A stretch of DNA of 64,000 nt from an uncultured delta proteobacterium (GTDB lineage Bacteria; Desulfobacterota; Binatia; Binatales; Binataceae): assembly GCA_963724765.1 (NCBI GenBank), contig CAVRVY010000003.1:736001-800000 (forward strand), written 5' to 3'. The translations under genes and the position numbers were made by a program. The notes below the pieces were generated by a model that saw only the letters and a program-made list of their open reading frames with translations, was not told where the DNA came from and did not search any database. Of the stretch, positions 17,998-27,295 are shown in pieces. The stretch's first letter is position 1, and each line of letters opens with the position of its first letter.

Positions 17998-20928
17998 GTG
18001 GCCGAGACCGAGCACAAAACGACTGATTACAAGACCACCCTGAAACTTCCCAGGACGGACTTCCCGATGAAGGCGAATCTGCCCAAGCGGGAGCCCGAGA
18101 TGCTCAAGCATTGGGAGGAAATCCGGCTTTACGAAACGTTGCTCGCCGGACGCAAGGACGCGACCGCCTGGGTACTGCACGACGGGCCGCCCTATGCCAA
18201 CGGGCGCGTGCACATGGGCACCGCGCTCAACAAGGTGTTGAAGGACTTCGTCGTGCGCTCGCGCGCGATGATGGGGTTCCGCACGCCGTTCGTGCCCGGA
18301 TGGGATTGCCACGGAATGCCGATCGAGTTCAAGGTCTCGCGCGATCTCGGGGAGAAGGCGCGGGCGATGCCCAAGCTCGAGCTTCGGCGTCTGTGCCGCA
18401 TCGAGGCCGAGAAATGGATCGACCTCCAGCGCAAGGATTTCATGCGCCTGGGATGTATCGGCGACTGGTTCCACCCTTACATCACGATGGACCCCGCGTA
18501 CGATGCGGCGGAGATCGGCGTGCTGCGCAACCTGGTCGAGCGCGGCTACGTCTATCGCGGCCTGCGCCCGGTGCACTGGTGCTTCGCCGATCGTACGGCG
18601 CTGGCCGAGGCCGAGGTCGAGTATCGCGAGCACGTCTCGCCCTCGATTTACGTCGCGTTCGCTTTCAACGCGAACCTGCCCGACGCGGCCGCCCTCGCCG
18701 CCGGCGCCTCCGATCGTGCGGAACTCGCCGCCGCGCACAAGGCCAGCAGGCTCTTTGCCGTCATCTGGACCACCACGCCGTGGACACTGCCCGCGAACCT
18801 GGGAATCAGCCTCAACCCGACGTTCGACTACGTCGCGCTCAAGGCGGGCGAGCGCTACTACCTCGTTGCCGCGCGGCTGGCCGAGGCGGTCGCGAAGGAA
18901 TGTTCACTCACGGTCGAAAAAAGTATCGCGCTCGATCGCGAGGCGCTGAAATCGCTCGACGGACAGGATATTTTCCGCCATCCGTTTGTCGCCCGCGACG
19001 TAAAGCTGATGTACGCCGATCACGTTACGACCGACGCCGGAACCGGCCTCGTGCATACCGCGCCGGGACACGGCTACGAGGATTTCGTGGTCGGCTCGCA
19101 ATACGGGCTCAAGCCGTTCACGCCGGTCGATACGGCCGGCAAGTTCACGGCCGACGGCGGCGAATGGGCGGGGCAAAATGTTTTCCAGGCCAACGATTCG
19201 ATCGTTGAAAAATTGCGCACCACCGGCGCGCTGCTCCATACGCTTAAGTTCACGCACAGCTATCCGCATTGCTGGCGCTGCAAGAATCCGCTGATTTTCC
19301 TCGCTGCCGAGCAATGGTTCATGCGGATCGACCATGACGGGCTGCGCCGGCGGGTGGTCGAGGAAATCGACGCCGTGCAATGGATCCCGCTATGGTCGCG
19401 CGATCGCATCCGCAACATGACCGAAACGCGGCCCGACTGGTGTCTCTCGCGCCAGCGCGCGTGGGGCGTGCCGATTCCGGCGCTCAAGTGCGGCGCCTGC
19501 GGCCACGTCGGTTTGTACGACGAAGTGATGGCCGCGGCGGAGCGAATTTTTGAAAATGAAGGCTCGGATGCGTGGTTCAATCGCCCGGCCGGCGACTTCA
19601 TCGCGCCCGATCTCAAGTGTGAGAAGTGCCAGGGCGCGTCGTTCGAGAAGGAAGAGGACGTGCTCGACGTGTGGTTCGATTCGGGTTCCTCGCAGGCCGC
19701 GGTACTCGGCAAGCGGCCCGAGCTTAGCTGGCCGGCCGACGCCTATCTTGAAGCGGTCGAGCAGGCGCGCGGATGGTTCGGCTCGTCGCTTGCGTGCGCG
19801 GTCGCCGAGCGCGGCCACGCCCCGTTTCGCACCGTGATAAGCCACGGCCTCACCGTCGACGAGCAGGGGCGCAAAATGTCGAAGTCGCTCGGCAATTCCG
19901 AAGACGCGGCCGACGCGGTGAACCGGATCGGCGCCGACGTGCTGCGCCTGGTATATGCCTCGCTCGACTACACCACAGAAATCGCGCTCGGCGACACGGT
20001 CTACACGGCGGTCTCGGAGGCCTACCGCAAGATTCGCAACACCTGCCGCTATATCCTGGGCAATCTTGCTGACTTCGATCCGGCGCGCGACGCTTCGCCG
20101 TTAAGCCGGATGACCGAGTTCGACCGTTATATCCTGGCCCGCCTCGAGCGCCTGAAAGCCGACGTGCGCCGCGCGTTTGACGAGTACGATTTCCAGGGCG
20201 CCTACCACGCGATCATCAACTTTGTCGTGGTCGATCTGAGCTCGCTCTACATCGACGTCGCGCGCGACCGGCTGTATTGCGCGGCCGCCGCCTCGTCCGA
20301 ACGCCGCTCGGTGCAGACCGCGCTTTACCACGTGATTGATACTCTGGTGCGGATCCTTGCGACGCTGATTCCGTTCACCGCCGACGAGATTTACTCGCAC
20401 ATGCCGGGTGAGCGCGCGGCGAGCGTGCATCTCCTGACGCTCGCTCCGCCCAATCCCGACTGGCGCGACGCGGAACTGGAGGCGGAGTGGGAGCGCCTGC
20501 TCAAGGTGCGCGCCGAGGTACTGAAGTTGCTCGAGATGATGCGCCAGGCGGGGACGATCGGTGCGCCGCTCGAAGCCGCGGTGGAAATCCGCCCTGTCAG
20601 CACGGATGGCATTCTGCCCGAGACGCTTGCGCTAGCCGAAACGCTCGCGCGTCATCGGGATTCGCTCAAGGAACTGTTCATCGTTTCGCACGTCGTCACG
20701 CGGGACTTAAGTTCCGAAGACGCAGAAGAGTCGCTCCCTCGCCGTAGTGGCCCCGAGAGCATTATCGACGGGCTTTACGAACTTTCTTCGATCGACCCAC
20801 CGCTAGTTGTCAGGGGGCGGCGCGCGCCGGGGCGCAAGTGCCAGCGCTGCTGGATGTACTTCGATGACGATTCCGGATCCGACCTGGACCCTCGATGCCG
20901 CGCGGTAGTGCAGGTGTTGAACGCGTGA
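17998..20928 (+). CDS. ileS: Isoleucine--tRNA ligase (type 1)
   Basis: LHDGPPYANG..HMGT, GWDCHG, WTTTPWTLP, GTGLVHTAPGHG, WCLSRQR, KMSKS; followed by lspA; start 17992 or 17998. Confidence 0.97.
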   Translation: MAETEHKTTDYKTTLKLPRTDFPMKANLPKREPEMLKHWEEIRLYETLLAGRKDATAWVLHDGPPYANGRVHMGTALNKVLKDFVVRSRAMMGFRTPFVPGWDCHGMPIEFKVSRDLGEKARAMPKLELRRLCRIEAEKWIDLQRKDFMRLGCIGDWFHPYITMDPAYDAAEIGVLRNLVERGYVYRGLRPVHWCFADRTALAEAEVEYREHVSPSIYVAFAFNANLPDAAALAAGASDRAELAAAHKASRLFAVIWTTTPWTLPANLGISLNPTFDYVALKAGERYYLVAARLAEAVAKECSLTVEKSIALDREALKSLDGQDIFRHPFVARDVKLMYADHVTTDAGTGLVHTAPGHGYEDFVVGSQYGLKPFTPVDTAGKFTADGGEWAGQNVFQANDSIVEKLRTTGALLHTLKFTHSYPHCWRCKNPLIFLAAEQWFMRIDHDGLRRRVVEEIDAVQWIPLWSRDRIRNMTETRPDWCLSRQRAWGVPIPALKCGACGHVGLYDEVMAAAERIFENEGSDAWFNRPAGDFIAPDLKCEKCQGASFEKEEDVLDVWFDSGSSQAAVLGKRPELSWPADAYLEAVEQARGWFGSSLACAVAERGHAPFRTVISHGLTVDEQGRKMSKSLGNSEDAADAVNRIGADVLRLVYASLDYTTEIALGDTVYTAVSEAYRKIRNTCRYILGNLADFDPARDASPLSRMTEFDRYILARLERLKADVRRAFDEYDFQGAYHAIINFVVVDLSSLYIDVARDRLYCAAAASSERRSVQTALYHVIDTLVRILATLIPFTADEIYSHMPGERAASVHLLTLAPPNPDWRDAELEAEWERLLKVRAEVLKLLEMMRQAGTIGAPLEAAVEIRPVSTDGILPETLALAETLARHRDSLKELFIVSHVVTRDLSSEDAEESLPRRSGPESIIDGLYELSSIDPPLVVRGRRAPGRKCQRCWMYFDDDSGSDLDPRCRAVVQVLNA

Positions 20929-21470
20929 CGCCGGTTGCGCCCCAAGCGCCGGCACCAATTGCAGGCGGTGTGAGCGTGGCAATCGACTGGCGCCGGTTCG
21001 GCACGATGCTCGGTTTCGTCGCGCTGCCGGTCTTCGTGCTCGACCAGTTGGTCAAGCTCTATATTGTTCGGCATCTAACGCTATTCACGCAAATCGACCT
21101 GGTGCCGCATTGGCTCGCGATAACTTACACGTTGAATTCGGGCGCTGCCTTCAGCCTCTTCGCGACCCTGGAGCCGGCGGTGCGCGAGCTGATGCTCGAC
21201 GGGCTCGCCGCCGCCGCGGTGGTGGTTCTCGGCGTGCTGCTCGCGCGCGGCGCGCGGCCGCCGGCGGTGTCGGCCGCCTTTGCGCTGATCATGGGAGGCG
21301 CGGCAGGCAATCTGTTTGACCGGATCGTGCGCGGCCGCGTCGTCGACTTCATCTACGTCCACTACTACGCGTGGAGTTATCCGGTCTTTAATATCGCCGA
21401 TAGCGCAATCACGATTGGGGTGGCGATAATCCTTATCCACTCCGCGTTCTCGCGCGACGCCGAAGCCTGA
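20925..21470 (+). CDS. lspA: Signal peptidase II
   Basis: DQLVK, NSGAAFS, GGAAGNLFDR..G.VVDF, PVFNIAD; GTGA overlap with ileS. Confidence 0.95.
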   Translation: MTPVAPQAPAPIAGGVSVAIDWRRFGTMLGFVALPVFVLDQLVKLYIVRHLTLFTQIDLVPHWLAITYTLNSGAAFSLFATLEPAVRELMLDGLAAAAVVVLGVLLARGARPPAVSAAFALIMGGAAGNLFDRIVRGRVVDFIYVHYYAWSYPVFNIADSAITIGVAIILIHSAFSRDAEA

Positions 21471-21592
21471 CCCGCGCGAATCGGGGCGAGCGAGCGGCCG
21501 GCGTATCGCCGCGTTTGACCGAAGCGCAACCCTGGCGGTAGCTTTGCGATGCGCCGTCCGGCCGTCGCGCCGGCGGGGGCGGGAGGCGATCG

Positions 21593-22546
21593 ATGAAGAC
21601 GATCAACACCGTTACCGGAACAACCACCGCCGACAAGCTCGGCACCACGCTGATGCACGAGCATCTGATGGTCGGATGGGGCGGATGGGAACTGGACTGC
21701 ACGGCGCCGCGCTTCGAGCGCAAGGTGGCGCTCAAGTTTGCGACCGACCGGCTCAAGGAATTGCGCGACCTCGGCCTGGGCACCTTCCTCGATCCGTGCC
21801 CGATGGACATCGGACGCGACGTAAACTTCATGGCCGAGACGGCCAGCGCCGCTGGGGTTCAACTGATCTGCGCGACCGGCCTCTATAAGGAAGATCTCGG
21901 GAACACCGCCTACTTCAAGCAACGCCCGGTCGGTGAGATAGCCGACGTCTACGTGGCCGAGCTCACCGAGGGAATCGCCGGCACCGGGGTGAAGGCCGGA
22001 GTCATCAAGTGCGCGACCTCCAAGGACAAGATTACCGATTACGAAGAGAAGTGCTTGCGCGCCGCCGCCCGCGCGCACCTCAAGACCGGCGCGCCAATCA
22101 CGACCCATACCGACGAGGGCACGATGGGCCGCGAGCAACTCGACATCTTTGCCTCCGAAGGCGTCGACTTAAAGCACGTGATCGTCGGCCATAGCTGCGG
22201 CGCGTCGGACCTTCGTTACCACACCGACATGCTCGACCGCGGATGCTACCTGGGCTTCGATCGTTTTGGGCTGGATTTTCTGCATCCCGACCGCCTGCGG
22301 CTGGCCGCGCTGATTGGGCTCCTGGGGGTCGGCTTCGAGAAGCAGATCGTGCTGTCGCACGATTCGGTCGCGTGCTGGCTCGGGCGCGGCCTGGACCTGA
22401 CGCCCGAAATCGAAAAGGGAATCCGTAATTGGCAGCCGACTCACATCTTCAAGAACATCCTGCCCGCGCTGCGCCAAGCAGGCATCAGCGAGGAAAAAAT
22501 CCAGACGCTGATGGTCGAGAACCCGCGCAGCTACTTCGAGCAGTAA
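21593..22546 (+). CDS. Phosphotriesterase-family metal-dependent hydrolase (PTE/PHP/lactonase-like)
   Basis: LGTTLMHEHL, GVIKCAT, GAPITTHT, VIVGH, FDRFG, LSHD. Confidence 0.9.
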   Translation: MKTINTVTGTTTADKLGTTLMHEHLMVGWGGWELDCTAPRFERKVALKFATDRLKELRDLGLGTFLDPCPMDIGRDVNFMAETASAAGVQLICATGLYKEDLGNTAYFKQRPVGEIADVYVAELTEGIAGTGVKAGVIKCATSKDKITDYEEKCLRAAARAHLKTGAPITTHTDEGTMGREQLDIFASEGVDLKHVIVGHSCGASDLRYHTDMLDRGCYLGFDRFGLDFLHPDRLRLAALIGLLGVGFEKQIVLSHDSVACWLGRGLDLTPEIEKGIRNWQPTHIFKNILPALRQAGISEEKIQTLMVENPRSYFEQ

Positions 22547-22630
22547 CTCAAAGGTCGCACGTATCGAGGCGGCCGGCGCTTTGACCGGCCCGTTCATTTT
22601 CGGGCGGAGTTTCGGAACCGCCCAGGTGCG

Positions 22631-22870
22631 CTACTTGTCGAGCACGTGAGCGCCCGCTTCCATCTGCGATCGCCAACGGTCGATCGCCTCGACGTTGAAG
22701 CGCCAGTCGCTGCCAACCCGAAAAGCCGGCAACTCGTTGCGCTTGAGCAGACGATAGACGGTCGATGGATGTACTCGCAGGTAGGCCGAGACGTCCTGTA
22801 CCGTCATCACGCGCTGCACGACCGCGTCGAAATCCGAGGCTGTCATTCGATTGATCTCACGATTATTCAT
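22631..22870 (-). CDS. Small Xis/BldC-like (HTH_17) DNA-binding protein
   Basis: VMTVQDVSAYLRVHPSTVYRLLKRNELPAFRVGSDWRF; GGAGG upstream of ATG 22870. Confidence 0.88.
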   Translation of the reverse strand: MNNREINRMTASDFDAVVQRVMTVQDVSAYLRVHPSTVYRLLKRNELPAFRVGSDWRFNVEAIDRWRSQMEAGAHVLDK

Positions 22871-23185
22871 CTCCACCTCCTAGTCAGGACTTTGGGCGCC
22901 CGAGCCGGCGACTTTGATGAAAGCGGTCGGGTATGAAGGGCGAATGCCCTAAAGAAACGCTCCTCCTGCGCAATCCGCCGCTCCTTCCTTTAGCTGACGC
23001 GCGCCATTCTAGGCATTGTTCGCTTCATGTAAACATTTCAATCAAACATAAATATCAACAATAGCCCAAACCTTGTGCATAACTCCGCACGTCAGATGCA
23101 GCGCGTGCGGCTAATGCTGACGGCGATAGCCAGCTTGACTTGACCCGTCTCGCTCTGGTCGGATGACACGCTCGCCGCCCGGAGG

Positions 23186-25621
23186 ATGGGTCGGGGTTTT
23201 AGTATGCTATCGATGGGTCAGAGGACTGCCGATTTCTTAATCCACTGGCGGTGGCAAGTCCTCGTTGCATACCTGGCGGTGACCGCCTTTTTTTCCGTCG
23301 GCGTCGTGCGCATCGCGCGCAGTTTTCAGGCTCAAACCTCGGTGGCCGACCTGATCCCGGCGCACAACCGCGTCACCGACGTTTTCAAGCGCTACCAGAG
23401 CTTCAGCAAGCCGGCCACGGTCGAAATCCTGCTCAAGGTCAAGCAAGGCACTATCTACACACCGCAGACGCTGGCCAGAATCTGGCGAATCACGCGCGCG
23501 CTCGACCTGGTGCCGGGTATCGACCACGTGACCCTGACCTCGATCGCCAGCGAGAAGGTTCGCGTTATCCGGCCGACGCCGCCCGGCCTCAGCTCCGAGC
23601 CCGTGATGACCAACAAGATCCCGGCCACACAAGCCGACGCGACGGCCGTGCAGGAGCGCGCCCGCCACGCGGCCGGCGTCACCGGGATTCTGGTCTCGCC
23701 CGACGAGAAGGCGACGCTGATCGACGCCGCCTTCTTTGAGCATGGGCTCGACTACAGCGAGGTCTTCGAGCGCGTGCACAAAATGCTCGCAGCCGAGAGT
23801 GACCCCAATATCGAGTTCTACACCGCCGGCCGCGTCATGCTGATCGGATGGGTCTATCGTTACGGCCATCAGGCGCTGTGGATTTTCCTGCTCTCGCTCG
23901 CGCTCATCATCGCGGCCCACGTCGATTACATGCGTAGCCTCGCCGGCGCGCTCACACCGATCATCGCTGCCGCAGTATCGACAGTCTGGGGGCTCGGCGC
24001 GGGCGGATGGCTGGGGCTGAACCTCGAACCGCTCACCGTGGTGGTGCCGGTGCTGCTGATGGCGCGCGCGCTCAGCCACTCGCTGCAGATCACGCGCCGC
24101 TACTACGAAATCCTCTACGAGACGCACGAACGCGTGGCCGGTGCGGCGGGCGCGCTGGCCTCGATGTTCGCGCCGGCCTTCCTCGGGATCATGTGCGACG
24201 TCGCCGGACTCTACATGATTTGTCTCGCGCCGATCCCGATAATCCAGAAACTCGGCGTGCTCTGCGGCACCTGGTCGCTGCTGATCATTCCTTCGGCGGT
24301 GCTGCTCACGCCGGTGCTGCTGGCGATCCTGCCGCCGCCCAAGGACGTAAGCGTCTTCATCACGCACGAGGTTCCCTCGCTCAGCACGCGGCTGATCGAG
24401 CCGGTGCAGCGGATGCTGGCCGGCCTGCTGACGCCGAGCAGGCGAATCGTCACGACCGTGATTGCGATCCCGGTGGCGGCGCTGCTCGCGTTTCTCGCGA
24501 TTAGCCGTCCGGTCGGCAACGTCGCGATTGGCAGCCCGCTCCTGTGGCCCGACAACGAGTTCAACGTCGCCGAGCGCGAGATCAACGCCAACCTCGCCGG
24601 CACCGCGACGCTCAACGTGGTATGGGAGGGCAAGATCCCGCGCGCGCTCTACCGTCCCGAGGTGTACGACTCGATGCTCCGCTTCCAGAAGGCGATCGAG
24701 CGCAACCACGGCGCCGTCGCCACGCTCTCGCTTGCCGACTACATCCCCTACACGGGCCTGATCCTGCGCGGCGGCAATCCCAAGTGGCTGCCGATCGACC
24801 TCACCGGTCATGACGTCGGCGCGTACCTGTTCTGGACCCGCACCGGGCATTCGCTGGAGAACTTCAGCAACATAATCCAGCCCAACGGCACCAACGGCGA
24901 CGTCATACTCTGGTACAAGGACCTGCGCGCGAGCACCGTGGACGAGGCGATGGCGCAGGCCGAGCGCGCGATCGCCGCGGTGCAGCCCAAGCCGTCGGCG
25001 GTCTACCGCATCCGGCTCGCCACCGGCTCGGTCGCGCTACAATATGCGCTCGACCACGTCGTGCGCGCGGCCGATCTGAAAATCCTGATCTACTTGCTCG
25101 CGACCATCTTCGTGATGTGCGTGCTGACGTACCATTCGGGCGTGGCGGCGGCGATGCTGCTGGTGCCGCTGTTGCTCGCGCAGTTCGCCACCGACTCGGT
25201 GATGTATCTGCGCGGAGTCGGGCTCGACGTGAACACGCTGCCGGTGGTGGCGGTCGGACTCGGCGTCGGTATCGACTATGGGATTTACCTGCTAAGCCGC
25301 ATCTGCGAGGAATTCCAGGGCGCGGCTGACGGCGATGTGCAAGCCGCGGTGACGCGCGCGGTCTTCACCACCGGCGAGGCGACCTTCTTCGTCGCCTTCA
25401 CGATGGTGCTGGGCGTACTGCCCTGGTATTTCCTGTCCGAGTTGCGCTTCCTGGCCGAGATGGGCCTGATGCTGGCGCTGGTGATGGCGTTCAACGGGCT
25501 GCTCGCGATGAGCGTGCTGCCGCTGGAGACGGTGCTCATCCGACCCAAATTCCTGGGACGCGTCAAACTGATGGAACGCAAGGGGGTGACAACCGAAACG
25601 CGCTCTTTGGGGTCATCCTGA
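23186..25621 (+). CDS. MMPL/RND-family transporter
   Basis: Two halves, each with one TM, a periplasmic loop and further TMs; VGLGVGIDYGIY motif. Confidence 0.85.
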   Translation: MGRGFSMLSMGQRTADFLIHWRWQVLVAYLAVTAFFSVGVVRIARSFQAQTSVADLIPAHNRVTDVFKRYQSFSKPATVEILLKVKQGTIYTPQTLARIWRITRALDLVPGIDHVTLTSIASEKVRVIRPTPPGLSSEPVMTNKIPATQADATAVQERARHAAGVTGILVSPDEKATLIDAAFFEHGLDYSEVFERVHKMLAAESDPNIEFYTAGRVMLIGWVYRYGHQALWIFLLSLALIIAAHVDYMRSLAGALTPIIAAAVSTVWGLGAGGWLGLNLEPLTVVVPVLLMARALSHSLQITRRYYEILYETHERVAGAAGALASMFAPAFLGIMCDVAGLYMICLAPIPIIQKLGVLCGTWSLLIIPSAVLLTPVLLAILPPPKDVSVFITHEVPSLSTRLIEPVQRMLAGLLTPSRRIVTTVIAIPVAALLAFLAISRPVGNVAIGSPLLWPDNEFNVAEREINANLAGTATLNVVWEGKIPRALYRPEVYDSMLRFQKAIERNHGAVATLSLADYIPYTGLILRGGNPKWLPIDLTGHDVGAYLFWTRTGHSLENFSNIIQPNGTNGDVILWYKDLRASTVDEAMAQAERAIAAVQPKPSAVYRIRLATGSVALQYALDHVVRAADLKILIYLLATIFVMCVLTYHSGVAAAMLLVPLLLAQFATDSVMYLRGVGLDVNTLPVVAVGLGVGIDYGIYLLSRICEEFQGAADGDVQAAVTRAVFTTGEATFFVAFTMVLGVLPWYFLSELRFLAEMGLMLALVMAFNGLLAMSVLPLETVLIRPKFLGRVKLMERKGVTTETRSLGSS

Positions 25622-25632
25622 GCGAAGAATTG

Positions 25633-26709
25633 TCAGCCCAGGTGGGCGAGAATCTCGGCGAAACTCAGCTTGCGGACCAGCGCGTGGCCCAGCCGATCGA
25701 GCAGCACGAACTCGACCTCGTCGCCCGCGCGTTTTTTATCCAGCCGCATCGCGCGCACGAACTCCTCGCCGCGCCATCCGGCCGGCATCGCGGTCGGCAA
25801 GCCCGCCCGCGCGATCAGCCGCTCCAGCCGTTCGGCCTCAGTGGCGCCGAGACCCGCGAACACTTGCGAGAGTCTTCCCGCCGCGACCATTCCGATCGCC
25901 ACCGCCTCGCCGTGCAGGAAATTGCCGTAGCCTGACGACGCCTCGAGCGCATGGCCGGCCGTATGGCCGTAGTTGAGCATCTTGCGCAGGCCGCCCTCGC
26001 GCGTATCGCTCGCCACCACTGTCGCCTTGTGATGCAGCGATCGCGCGACGACTTTCTCGAGCACCGCGGGGGCGCGGTGCATAATCGCGTCGAGGCCGTG
26101 CTCCAGCTCCTCGACCATCGGCGCATCCATGATCGCACCGTACTTGATGACCTCGGCGAGCCCCTCGCGAAACTCGCGATCGGGCAGGCTCTGGAGCGTC
26201 GCGACGTCGGCCACGATTAGCCGCGGCTGGTAAAACGCGCCGATCAGATTCTTCGCCCGCGGATGGTTGACCGCGGTCTTGCCGCCCAGCGCCGAATCGA
26301 CCTGCGCGAGCATCGTGGTAGGAATTTGCACCAGCGCAACGCCGCGCATGTAGGTCGCGGCGGCGAAGCCGGCCAAGTCGCCGACCACGCCGCCGCCCAG
26401 CGCAAACACGGCGCCGCTCCGATCGAGTTCCGCCTCCACGATCGCGTCGTATACGCGCTCCAGCGTGGCGAATGATTTGCTCTGCTCGCCTGGCGCGACC
26501 TCCAGGGTCCGTAGCGCGAAGCCCGCCGCCTTGAGCGAGTCGGCCGTGCGTTCGCCATACAGGCGCGCGACGTTGGAATCGGTGACGATAAGCGCCCGTC
26601 CGACGGTCATGCCCGCCTCGCGCGCGAGCCGTCCCGTCTGGTCGAGCGCACCGGCGCCGACGTACACCGGATGCGCGTCGGGGCCGAGTTCTACGCGGAA
26701 GGTGCGCAT
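25633..26709 (-). CDS. aroB: 3-dehydroquinate synthase
   Basis: GGGVVGDLAGF, PTTMLAQVDSALGGKT, KNLIGAFYQP, LNYGHTAGHALE, HGEAV. Confidence 0.96.
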   Translation of the reverse strand: MRTFRVELGPDAHPVYVGAGALDQTGRLAREAGMTVGRALIVTDSNVARLYGERTADSLKAAGFALRTLEVAPGEQSKSFATLERVYDAIVEAELDRSGAVFALGGGVVGDLAGFAAATYMRGVALVQIPTTMLAQVDSALGGKTAVNHPRAKNLIGAFYQPRLIVADVATLQSLPDREFREGLAEVIKYGAIMDAPMVEELEHGLDAIMHRAPAVLEKVVARSLHHKATVVASDTREGGLRKMLNYGHTAGHALEASSGYGNFLHGEAVAIGMVAAGRLSQVFAGLGATEAERLERLIARAGLPTAMPAGWRGEEFVRAMRLDKKRAGDEVEFVLLDRLGHALVRKLSFAEILAHLG

Positions 26710-27272
26710 CGATGGGCGCTCCTGCCGTGCCGGCCAAAGATATCCAGCACGCGCTCCGCCGACTCGGCGACCGAAAGGTCGGAGGTGTCCACAGTAAAAT
26801 CGGCGCGCGCATAGGCGGCGCGCCGCTCTTCCATCAGTTCGATGATTCGCGCTTCCAGCGGCTTGCCGCCTTCCAGCAGCTTGGGCCGCTTATGCGGAGA
26901 ACGCCGCACGCGCGCCGCGATTACCTCGGGCCGCGCGCTGAGACAAATGATCACGCCCGCGCGCTTGAGCGAGAGATAGTTGCGCTCGTCGACCAGCGCG
27001 CCGCCGCCCGTCGAGATCACCGCCGGCCGCGGCTCGCCACATTGCGGGCAGAGCGCGGGATCGTCCGCCAGAGCGGCTATCACCTCGCGCTCCAGCGCGC
27101 GGAACTGCGCTTCGCCGTGCTCGGCGAAGATCGCCGGGATTGGCTTGCCCGCGCGCGCCACCAGTTCGGCGTCGCTATCGACCAGGCGCCATCCCAACCG
27201 CGCCGCGACCGCGCGGCCGACCGCGCTCTTACCGGTCGCCATGAAGCCCGTAAGGATCAACCTGGGAGCCAT
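26691..27272 (-). CDS. aroK: Shikimate kinase with a CPQC-containing insertion
   Basis: LTGFMATGKS, GEAQFRALE, STGGG; lies between aroC and aroB. Confidence 0.92.
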   Translation of the reverse strand: MAPRLILTGFMATGKSAVGRAVAARLGWRLVDSDAELVARAGKPIPAIFAEHGEAQFRALEREVIAALADDPALCPQCGEPRPAVISTGGGALVDERNYLSLKRAGVIICLSARPEVIAARVRRSPHKRPKLLEGGKPLEARIIELMEERRAAYARADFTVDTSDLSVAESAERVLDIFGRHGRSAHRCAPSA

Positions 27273-27295
27273 CGCGCTGCTGGGCCCCGGCGGCG

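Noticed and set aside
22631-22870. Prophage or ICE excisionase
   Set aside because: No integrase, att site or phage gene nearby; treated as a host regulator
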